From contig JAAFIG010000002.1 of NCBI GenBank assembly GCA_013298595.1, forward strand, positions 78,781 to 142,780: DNA of 64,000 nucleotides, in the 5' to 3' direction. Numbering within the stretch: the first letter of the stretch is position 1; each line of letters begins with the position of its first letter. The notes under the pieces are model-generated. The model saw only the letters and a list, made by a program, of their open reading frames with translations. It was not told the DNA's origin and ran no database searches. The stretch comes from Deinococcales bacterium. GTDB lineage: Bacteria; Deinococcota; Deinococci; Deinococcales; JAAFIG01. Positions 56,439 to 64,000 of this stretch are shown here, piece after piece. A program made the position numbers and the translations under genes.

Positions 56439-59400
56439 ATGCGCGACTTTAGCAAAGTAAAAATTCAACTTGCCAGCCCCGAGAAAATCCGTTCTTGGAG
56501 TTATGGTGAAGTCGAAAAACCAGAAACCATTAATTACCGTACACTCAAACCAGAACGTGATGGTTTGTTTGACGAGCGGATTTTCGGACCTGAAAAGGAT
56601 TACGAATGCGCTTGCGGTAAGTACAAACGTCAACGTTATGAAGGTAAAGTCTGTGAGCGTTGCGGTGTCGAAGTGACTAAACGCATCGTGCGTCGTTACC
56701 GCATGGGACATATCGAACTTGCTACGGCAGCTGCCCATATTTGGTATGTCAAAGATATTCCAAGTAAAATTGGTACCTTACTCGACCTCAGCGCTGGGCA
56801 ACTCGAGCAAGTCTTGTACTTTGGTAAGTTCATTGTGACCGATCCACAAGGTGCAATTAAAGATGGTCGCCCACTGAAAAAAGGCGAGTTGCTTTCCGAC
56901 GAAGAGTACCGCGAACTACGCATTGGTAAGCAAGAAACGTATTCTTTACAAGTTGGAACCCATGCCGAAGTGCGTGACGGAGAATACGTCACTCGAGGAC
57001 AAAAACTCGGTGGCAATGTCGTCTCGAAAATGGATGGTGTTGCCCAGTATCGTTTCCCACGCAAAGCAACCCTCGAGTACGCTCGAGAAGGCGAAGCCAA
57101 ATTCACACTGCCAAAAGGTGTGACCATTGAACTCGAAGCTTTCCGAGCTGGCGAAGAAATTTGTGATGGCATTGAAAATCACAGTATTCTAGCCACTCGA
57201 GATGGTGTGATCAGCATTACCGAACTTGGCGAAGGCTTTGGTCGTGGTGGTGTGATTATCGAAGTCCAAGACCCTGAAGATGCCCAAGTGCTCGAGCGTG
57301 TCTTTGTGCCAATGGGCTTTGAAGTGCTGGTTGGCGATGGCGAAAGTGTCGAATCTGATACCGAACTCGCCCAAGCCAATGGCGATTTAATTCGTATGCC
57401 CCGTGGTGCAAATGCCAGTGCTGTCAGCAGCAAAAAACGTGGTTCTAATCTCGATGTTTCCTTGACACTGCACTGGAATCTCGAGAAAACCCTCGAGATT
57501 AACCCAACCATGCACGTCTTGGTTGGCGATGGCGCAGAGTTTAGTGCTGGTGACCGTTTAATTGGTGCCATAGACCCATCCCAAGAAATTATGGCAGAAG
57601 CTGATGGTACATTAACACTGCAAGAACCAGCCAGCATCATTGTTTCTCGAGCAAAATTGTACAAATACGAAGATGAACCGATTGTGGTCAATGGCGACCG
57701 TGTTGAACCAGGCGATGACTTGGCAGACAAAGGCAATCTCAAATCCGAAATTCATGGTCGTATCGAAATTGATTTGGTACGTCGTCAAGTGCGCGTTGTT
57801 GAAGCTTACGACTTTGAAGCTCGCATGGGTGCAGAAGCCATCAAGCAATTGCTAGAAGGTATTGTTCTCGAGACCCTCGAAGCCGAATTAAACGAAGAAA
57901 TGACCAACCCAAGTCGCCACAAACGAGCCAAAGCCCGTAAGCGTCTCGAGGTGGCTCGTGCTTTCCGTAAGAGCGGGAATCGCCCAGAGTGGATGATTCT
58001 TGACAGCGTACCTGTGATGCCGCCAGATTTGCGTCCGATGGTGCAAGTGGATGGTGGGCGTTTTGCGACTTCAGATTTGAACGATTTGTACCGCCGCTTG
58101 ATTAACCGCAACAACCGTTTGAAGAAGTTAATGACCACGGGCGCACCAGAAATGATTGTTCGCAACGAAAAACGCATGTTGCAAGAAGCTGTAGATGCGC
58201 TGATTGACAATGGTCGTCGTGGTACTCCAGTCACCCACCCAGGTTCAGATCGAGCATTACGTAGCCTCACCGATTTACTTGGTGGTAAACAGGGTCGTTT
58301 CCGTCAGAACTTGCTTGGTAAACGCGTAGATTACTCTGGTCGTTCGGTGATTGTGGTTGGTCCACAATTGCGTTTACATCAATGCGGATTGCCAAAACGT
58401 ATGGCACTCGAGTTATTCAAACCATTTTTGTTTAAAGTGCTCGAGGAAAAAGGTGTTGTTACCAACATCAAGCAAGCCCGTAAGCTGCTCGAGCGTTACC
58501 GCGACACCCGCGACGAAATTTGGGATGCCTTAGAAGAAGTCATCCAAGACAAAGTGGTGCTGTTAAACCGCGCACCGACCTTGCACCGTCTTGGTATTCA
58601 AGCTTTCACCCCAGTTTTGGTTGAAGGTCAGGCTATTCAATTGCACCCACTGGTTTGCGAAGCCTTCAACGCCGATTTCGATGGCGACCAAATGGCAATT
58701 CACGTACCACTCTCGCCATACGCCCAAGCAGAAGCTCGAGTACAAATGCTTTCGGCACATAATTTGCTTTCGCCTGCTAACGGCGAACCAAACGTCAAAC
58801 CAGCTAAAGACATTATTTTAGGTATTTACACCCTGACCCAACCACGCCCAGGCAAAGTTGGTATGGGCAGTAAATTCAAAGATCAAGAAGAAGTCTTAAA
58901 AGCCCTCGAGAAGAACAAAGTTGATCTGAACTCTCGCATTGTTGTTGGTGGCAGAGAAACCAGCGCAGGCGCAATTCGCCATATCTTTGGTAATCTCGAT
59001 GAAGCCTTACATGCAGTACAACGCGGCGAAATTGACACCCAAGACAGTGTTTCAATCCGCTTAGATTTAGTCAGTGGCTCAGAGATTATTGAAACCACCA
59101 CAGGACGGGCATTGTTCCGTCGTATGGTCAACGAAACCATCACCGAAGATGGCAGTATCCTATCTCGAGAATACGTCAACCTGACCACCACCTACGGCAA
59201 GAACCCTTTGACCGAAATGGTGATTGATATCTTCAAAACCATGGGTGTGGAAAAAACTGCTGCGATTCTTGACGCACTCAAATCCAATGGTTTCAAACTC
59301 GCCAGTACCAGCGGCGTAACTGTCGGTATTGACGATGCCATGATTCCACCCGAGAAAACCGAATTGCTGCGAAAAGCCGACCTTGAACTCGAGCAAATCC

Positions 59401-61028
59401 GCGAAGATTCAGACCTTGGTTTGGTCACCGAAGAAGAACGTTACCGCCAAGTGATTACCTTGTGGACAAACACCACCGAGGATGTCACCAACGCTGCCTA
59501 CGCCAACTTTGAAAAGCATTACCCACTCAACCCGTTCTACGTCATGAGCCAATCAGGTGCCCGTGGTAACAAACAACAACTCCGCCAACTCATGGGTATG
59601 CGCGGATTGATGCAAAAACCAAACGGCGACACCATCGAACTCCCTGTACGCGCCAACTTCCGCGAAGGTCTGAACGTGCTCGAGTACTTCACCAGCACCC
59701 ACGGTGCACGTAAAGGTGGAGCTGACACGGCGCTTCGTACCGCAGACTCGGGTTACTTAACCCGTAAGCTTCACGATGTTGCCCACGAAATTGTCATCCG
59801 TGAACCAGACTGTGGTACATCCGATTACTTAACAATACCGCTGCTCGAGGATGGTAAACAACGCAAAGCTGGCGATATCGAAATGGGCTTATATGGTCGT
59901 CACCTCGGCGCTGACCTCGAGATTGGTGGCAAAACCCTCGAAGCTGGCTTGTTACTGAACACCGACGAAGTCAAATTTATCCTCAAACACCGCGAGCAAC
60001 TGGCAGGTGTACCAGTTCGTAGTCCAATTACCTGCCGTACTCGAGCTGGCGCTTGCCAAAAGTGCTACGGTTTTGACCTTTCACAAGCCAAACTTGTTTC
60101 CAAAGGCGAAGCTGTTGGTGTGATTGCCGCGCAATCCATCGGAGAACCAGGCACACAGCTAACCATGCGTACCTTCCACACAGGTGGTGTAGCAGGTGCC
60201 CAAGACATCACCCTTGGTTTGCCTCGCGTTGTTGAACTTTTCGAGGCTCGTAAGCCAAAAATCAAAGCCACACTCTCGGAAATTGATGGTATCGTCTCCA
60301 TCGCTGATGAAGACGGCAGCGATAAGATCATCCTGACTGTGACTGACAACGACCTTGCCAAGAAATATAAAGTCGAACGCAATACCCGTTTGTTAGTCCG
60401 TGAAGGCGACAAAGTCGAAGCTGGTCAAGTCATGACACGCGGTGCAATCAACCCAGAAGACTTACTCGACTCCAAAGGTGTTGAAGCAGCCCAACGTTAC
60501 CTCGTAGATGGTATCCAACAAGTGTACCGTCAACAAGGCGTGAAAATTCACGACAAGCACATCGAATTAATTGTCAAACAAATGTTCAAATACGTCGAAA
60601 TCCTCGAGGATACAGGCGATAGCGAATTCCTCGAAGGACAAGTACTCGAGAAATTCGATGTTGAACGCGAAAACGAACGACTCGAAGAAGCAGGCAAAAA
60701 TCCTGCTTCATGGAAACCAAAACTCATGGGTATCACCAAGAGCGCTTTATCCACCAAGTCGTGGTTATCAGCAGCCAGTTTCCAACACACCACTCACGTA
60801 CTCACCGAAGCCAGCGTCAGCGGCAAAGTAGACGAACTGATTGGCTTAAAAGAAAACGTGATTCTAGGCAAACTGATCCCAGCGGGAACAGGCTTAGCCG
60901 AAGTCAAAGAAATTCAAGTCATGGACGACCGCCTCCGCGAGAAAGTACTCGAGGGCAACGACCGAGCAACCCGCCTTGCCCAGAGCGGCAATGCAAATAT
61001 GCCACAAGCACCAGCTGGCGACGATTAA
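56439..61028 (+). CDS. rpoC: DNA-directed RNA polymerase subunit beta' (1529 aa, with ~300-aa lineage-specific insertion)
   Basis: Zn motif CACGKY...CERCGV; catalytic [12 protein letters not shown]; trigger-loop and bridge-helix motifs. A non-conserved block lies at about residues 162-460. Confidence 0.97.
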   Translation: MRDFSKVKIQLASPEKIRSWSYGEVEKPETINYRTLKPERDGLFDERIFGPEKDYECACGKYKRQRYEGKVCERCGVEVTKRIVRRYRMGHIELATAAAHIWYVKDIPSKIGTLLDLSAGQLEQVLYFGKFIVTDPQGAIKDGRPLKKGELLSDEEYRELRIGKQETYSLQVGTHAEVRDGEYVTRGQKLGGNVVSKMDGVAQYRFPRKATLEYAREGEAKFTLPKGVTIELEAFRAGEEICDGIENHSILATRDGVISITELGEGFGRGGVIIEVQDPEDAQVLERVFVPMGFEVLVGDGESVESDTELAQANGDLIRMPRGANASAVSSKKRGSNLDVSLTLHWNLEKTLEINPTMHVLVGDGAEFSAGDRLIGAIDPSQEIMAEADGTLTLQEPASIIVSRAKLYKYEDEPIVVNGDRVEPGDDLADKGNLKSEIHGRIEIDLVRRQVRVVEAYDFEARMGAEAIKQLLEGIVLETLEAELNEEMTNPSRHKRAKARKRLEVARAFRKSGNRPEWMILDSVPVMPPDLRPMVQVDGGRFATSDLNDLYRRLINRNNRLKKLMTTGAPEMIVRNEKRMLQEAVDALIDNGRRGTPVTHPGSDRALRSLTDLLGGKQGRFRQNLLGKRVDYSGRSVIVVGPQLRLHQCGLPKRMALELFKPFLFKVLEEKGVVTNIKQARKLLERYRDTRDEIWDALEEVIQDKVVLLNRAPTLHRLGIQAFTPVLVEGQAIQLHPLVCEAFNADFDGDQMAIHVPLSPYAQAEARVQMLSAHNLLSPANGEPNVKPAKDIILGIYTLTQPRPGKVGMGSKFKDQEEVLKALEKNKVDLNSRIVVGGRETSAGAIRHIFGNLDEALHAVQRGEIDTQDSVSIRLDLVSGSEIIETTTGRALFRRMVNETITEDGSILSREYVNLTTTYGKNPLTEMVIDIFKTMGVEKTAAILDALKSNGFKLASTSGVTVGIDDAMIPPEKTELLRKADLELEQIREDSDLGLVTEEERYRQVITLWTNTTEDVTNAAYANFEKHYPLNPFYVMSQSGARGNKQQLRQLMGMRGLMQKPNGDTIELPVRANFREGLNVLEYFTSTHGARKGGADTALRTADSGYLTRKLHDVAHEIVIREPDCGTSDYLTIPLLEDGKQRKAGDIEMGLYGRHLGADLEIGGKTLEAGLLLNTDEVKFILKHREQLAGVPVRSPITCRTRAGACQKCYGFDLSQAKLVSKGEAVGVIAAQSIGEPGTQLTMRTFHTGGVAGAQDITLGLPRVVELFEARKPKIKATLSEIDGIVSIADEDGSDKIILTVTDNDLAKKYKVERNTRLLVREGDKVEAGQVMTRGAINPEDLLDSKGVEAAQRYLVDGIQQVYRQQGVKIHDKHIELIVKQMFKYVEILEDTGDSEFLEGQVLEKFDVERENERLEEAGKNPASWKPKLMGITKSALSTKSWLSAASFQHTTHVLTEASVSGKVDELIGLKENVILGKLIPAGTGLAEVKEIQVMDDRLREKVLEGNDRATRLAQSGNANMPQAPAGDD

Positions 61029-61047
61029 AACCCGTTATAAGCTCAAG

Positions 61048-61080
61048 AAACCCCCAAGCCGTAACTTGGGGGTTTTTGTG
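61048..61080 (+). terminator. Rho-independent terminator after rpoC
   Basis: AAA CCCCCAAG ccgtaa CTTGGGGG TTTTTGTG. Confidence 0.85.
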
Positions 61081-61109
61081 TTTACAGACAACACTGCTAT
61101 ACTTTTTAT

Positions 61110-61529
61110 ATGGCTCGAGACAAATACCATCAAGCCGTAAAGACAGCCCTGCAAAAAGCTGGTTGGAACGTCACCCATGACCCATTGCGCTTACAAATAG
61201 AAAGTATTCCAGTCTTAATAGACCTTGGAGCGGAACGACTGATTGCGGCTGAACGCAACGATGAAAAAATTGCCATTGAGATAAAAACATTTGGTGGAAA
61301 CTCAGACATCAACGATTTTCATGTAGCGCTTGGACAATACCTGAACTACCAAGTTTTTTTACACGAAGCAGAATCAAACAGAACTTTGTTTATTGCTGTG
61401 CCTGAAGATACTTGGTTTGATTTTTTTCAAAACCGAGTGATTCAAAAAATTTGTCAGCAACACAAGATTCGTTTCTTGGTCTACAACTCGTTACTCGAGG
61501 AGGTTATCTTATGGACATCCAGCAGTTAA
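61110..61529 (+). CDS. xisH: XisH-family protein
   Basis: MARDKYHQAVKTALQKAGWNVTHDP...IAAERNDEKIAIEIKTF...ALGQYLNY matches the XisH (fdxN-element excision factor) family pattern. Confidence 0.85.
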   Translation: MARDKYHQAVKTALQKAGWNVTHDPLRLQIESIPVLIDLGAERLIAAERNDEKIAIEIKTFGGNSDINDFHVALGQYLNYQVFLHEAESNRTLFIAVPEDTWFDFFQNRVIQKICQQHKIRFLVYNSLLEEVILWTSSS

Positions 61530-61846
61530 GAGAAATTATTCAAAAAACCCTAAAAGAATACGCTTCCATACCAAGCATCAATTCTACAAGTCAAGACCGT
61601 CTGATATTTGACACCAATGCAGATTCGTACCAATGGCTGAGTATGGGTTGGAATGGAATGCAACGCATTTTCAATGTCATCATCCACATTGAAATTCGTC
61701 AGAACTTGGTGTGGATTGAACGCAACAACTCGAGTATCGAAATTGGTGAAATTCTAGTCGAGCAAGGTGTTCCAAGAAACCAAATCGTACTGGCATTCCA
61801 TGCGCCATACAAACGTGGTTTACACGGTTATGCAACAGGCGAGTAA
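61511..61846 (+). CDS. xisI: XisI-family protein
   Basis: Start MDIQQLREIIQKTLKEYA overlaps the xisH 3' end by 19 nt. XisI-type N-terminus, in the usual pairing with xisH. Confidence 0.8.
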   Translation: MDIQQLREIIQKTLKEYASIPSINSTSQDRLIFDTNADSYQWLSMGWNGMQRIFNVIIHIEIRQNLVWIERNNSSIEIGEILVEQGVPRNQIVLAFHAPYKRGLHGYATGE

Positions 61847-62001
61847 AGTGAATTCCAGCAGGAACGGGTTTAGCCGAAGTCAAAGAAATTCAAGTCATGG
61901 ATGACCGTCTGCGCGAGAAGGTACTCGAGGGCAATGACCGTGCGGCAAGGCTGGCTCAAAGCGGCAGCGCACAAATCCAAGCCCCTGCTGGCGATGATTG
62001 A
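61847..62001 (+). pseudogene. Displaced duplicate of the rpoC 3' end
   Basis: Encodes [49 protein letters not shown]. The live rpoC tail (60871-61028) encodes [50 protein letters not shown]. About 82% DNA identity, with mostly synonymous differences in the first 90 nt. Confidence 0.85.
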
Positions 62002-62011
62002 AGAATAGAAT

Positions 62012-63259
62012 TTGCTCGAGATGAAGAGATTAAGAACCCGCAAGTCACAGCTCGGGGGGTTTGGTTTGACTCGAGATGACAATGAAAGTACAGTTCAAGA
62101 TATGGAAAAGCACCTAGAAAAAAAGAATAAGAATAAGAATGAGAATGAGTTTAACTGGAAGGGATGCTTGGTCATCTTTTTCGTGAGCTTGCTTGTACTG
62201 CCTTTTTTTGCAGTTCGTAGCCAAGACTCACTCCCACAAGTCAATATCGAAACCGTGGCGGCAAGTGACCATTCGTTGGTGGTCCGTTCAGATGGTGCTT
62301 TGTGGGCTTTTGGAGCAAATGAATCGGGGCAATTGGGCATGGGTACAACGGAAAACCAACTGAAACCTGTTCAAGTCATGACTGATGTCTCGAGTGTCGC
62401 GGCTGGTGGTCACTCGTTGGTTTTGAAGTCTGATGATTCTTTATGGACGTTTGGTCGCAATAATGTATGGCAACTTGGCGATGCAACCAAGATCAATAGG
62501 AGTAAACCAATACAAATCATGGGCGATGTCATCAATATTGCTACGGGTGCTGCTCACTCTTTTGCGATTAAAAAAGATCGTTCTTTATGGGCGTTTGGAT
62601 TCAATAATCAAGGGCAGCTTGGAGATGGTACAACTAACAGTCGGGGAAAGCCTGTCAAAATCATGGAAAATGTAGCAGAAGTTAGGGCAGGTGTTTTTAT
62701 CTCCCTTGTCTTAAAACTGGATGGTACACTTTGGTCTTTTGGTCAAGGAGGGTATTTGGGTGATGGTACTCTTAAGCAACGCCAAAAACCCGTAAAAGTG
62801 ATGGAAAATATCATCAAGATTGGAACAGGTGATTTTCATTCTTTGGCGTTAGGCAAAGACAAAACGCTTTGGGGATTTGGCTTGAATTACTATGGACAAC
62901 TTGGTGATGGTACAGATATTCAGGGGTGGATGAAACCAATTAGAATCATGTCCGATGTTTCATATGTCAGTGCTGGTTCTTATCATTCCTTAGTTATAAA
63001 AACGGATGGCACGCTTTGGGCATTTGGTAGAAATGATTTTGGTCAGCTTGGAAATGGGACAAACATCAATCAAAGAAAGCCAGTCAAAGTTATGGATAAT
63101 GTTGCTTTTGGAGCAGCAGGTAATATGTACTCTTTGGTAACAAAAACAGATGGTTCGTTGTGGGCATTTGGACAAAACAAGTTTGGACAACTTGGAGATG
63201 GGACAACAATAAACAGAAATCAACCTGTTCAAATTTTGACAGATGTACGAATCCCCTAA
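62012..63259 (+). CDS. Membrane-anchored RCC1-repeat protein
   Basis: N-terminal basic region plus a TM segment (CLVIFFVSLLVLPFFAV), then 7 RCC1 repeats (HSLV.K.DG.LW.FG.N..GQLGDGT). The exact start is uncertain. Confidence 0.8.
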   Translation: MLEMKRLRTRKSQLGGFGLTRDDNESTVQDMEKHLEKKNKNKNENEFNWKGCLVIFFVSLLVLPFFAVRSQDSLPQVNIETVAASDHSLVVRSDGALWAFGANESGQLGMGTTENQLKPVQVMTDVSSVAAGGHSLVLKSDDSLWTFGRNNVWQLGDATKINRSKPIQIMGDVINIATGAAHSFAIKKDRSLWAFGFNNQGQLGDGTTNSRGKPVKIMENVAEVRAGVFISLVLKLDGTLWSFGQGGYLGDGTLKQRQKPVKVMENIIKIGTGDFHSLALGKDKTLWGFGLNYYGQLGDGTDIQGWMKPIRIMSDVSYVSAGSYHSLVIKTDGTLWAFGRNDFGQLGNGTNINQRKPVKVMDNVAFGAAGNMYSLVTKTDGSLWAFGQNKFGQLGDGTTINRNQPVQILTDVRIP

Positions 63260-63404
63260 AGTCTTGCAAGGGGTGTTTCTTTTTCTCGAGAAACCTATTG
63301 TTTTCATGGCTCGAGAATCACTCTTCTGCTCTGTGCCATTCTTTCAGGCGCTACCTTCGCGCTTGGTCGGTAGGGCGCTTAGGCTCGAGCTTGTGCTGGT
63401 TGCG

Positions 63405-63827
63405 CTATGGCTCGAGGCTGATTGCTGCAACATTTTCGCCTAAGCGCATAAAATGCTTTAAATTCAGGGTGTATAACTTCTTCGCCCCAACTTTTAATGC
63501 ACTGGTTGCTATCAATGTGTCAAAAATTGTGCCACCTTGAATGCCTAAGTCAATTAACCGCTCCACACTGCTTTGATAATCGCTTGGCTCGAGAATAATT
63601 TGTTCAACACCTTTTAAGTTTCCATCCAGCATTTTCTTGACTTCTTTTGGCGGTATTAAATGCCGTCCTGTCAGTACCGAGTACAATTCTGCAATAGTAT
63701 GGGTGCTAATTGCGGCTCGAGATGCGGCTCGGCTTTCTGTAAAAACTTTTTTGCAACGCAGGTGTGCTTCGCGACACGGTAGCATTAAAGCAATCAGGAC
63801 ACTTGTGTCAAAAACATCTTTACTCAA
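63405..63827 (-). CDS. vapC: PIN-domain toxin (VapC-like)
   Basis: TTG start overlapping the upstream stop. VFDTSVLIAL ... IAELY ... FDTLIA gives PIN acidic residues in the canonical order. Confidence 0.7.
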   Translation of the reverse strand: MSKDVFDTSVLIALMLPCREAHLRCKKVFTESRAASRAAISTHTIAELYSVLTGRHLIPPKEVKKMLDGNLKGVEQIILEPSDYQSSVERLIDLGIQGGTIFDTLIATSALKVGAKKLYTLNLKHFMRLGENVAAISLEP

Positions 63828-64000
63828 GGTCGTCCATTCGGGTAGCTCGAGCAGTTACTATCATTTCTTCGATGGAATCTGGAATATCTGTGCCTGTCCA
63901 GACGTATATGCCATCTTGTTCGATTACTTCCCCGTCGCAGCGTGGACTGAGTACAAGTGAACCATCTTGGATTTGGATATCGAATTGACTTTGAGGCTCG
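63820..64000 (-). CDS. Putative antitoxin partner of VapC, partial (runs off window)
   Basis: Minus-strand frame reads ...DGSLVLSPRCDGEVIEQDGIYVWTGTDIPDSIEEMIVTARATRMDDLE*. Its stop overlaps the vapC start by 8 nt. Confidence 0.45.
   Translation of the reverse strand, partial: EPQSQFDIQIQDGSLVLSPRCDGEVIEQDGIYVWTGTDIPDSIEEMIVTARATRMDDLE

Noticed and set aside
55584-57742. Long minus-strand ORFs (55584-56282, 56696-57172, 57179-57742 and others) inside rpoB/rpoC
   Set aside because: They are antisense to universally conserved RNA polymerase genes, have low-complexity Ser/Pro/Arg-rich translations and no start context. They are shadow ORFs. The same applies to 7323-7844, 31322-31813, 40741-41136, 47275-47694 and 50232-50690.

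Overview
This is 64 kb of bacterial chromosome, mid-40s % GC by eye. I found no rRNA or tRNA genes, so taxonomy is open. A class-I xylose isomerase, xisHI, DUF4388 and a ~300-aa insertion in RpoC suggest a Chloroflexota/Deinococcota-like lineage, but that is only a guess.

Gene content in order:
- (1) A cluster of RCC1-repeat (lipo)protein paralogues (3-134, 402-2255, 7210-8940, 9226-10560, and again 62012-63259). Interspersed are a DUF1016 nuclease remnant, a beta-propeller/di-haem peroxidase and a large AAA+/TPR/winged-helix regulator (10608-13469).
- (2) Directly downstream, a ~12.4 kb Tn7-like element. tnsA-tnsB-tnsC-tniQ is translationally coupled to a type I-E-like Cascade arranged cas6e | 7-repeat CRISPR | cas8e-cas7e-cas5e. 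It has no cas3, cas1, cas2 or cse2, so it is a candidate type I-E CRISPR-associated transposon. Its cargo is an XRE regulator and a tight 4-gene operon of unknown function.
- (3) An ~18 kb minus-strand carbohydrate cluster: LacI regulator, ABC transporter, GH81 fusion, GH1, DUF4388, HAMP, GH43, xylA, xylB, and a permease-permease-acyltransferase triple fusion.
- (4) Housekeeping and miscellaneous genes (argB, S41 peptidase, hydrolases), then rpoB-rpoC.
- (5) An xisH-xisI cassette inserted at the 3' end of rpoC, flanked by two diverged copies of the last ~150 bp of rpoC.
- (6) A vapBC-like pair at the window edge.

The whole window is saturated with the palindrome CTCGAG. I hand-counted about 300 copies against about 16 expected. 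It occurs in all codon phases, on both strands, in core genes and in hairpin stems, which makes it a HIP1-like hyper-iterated palindrome. Transposon ends and any crRNA target could not be fixed with confidence by eye.
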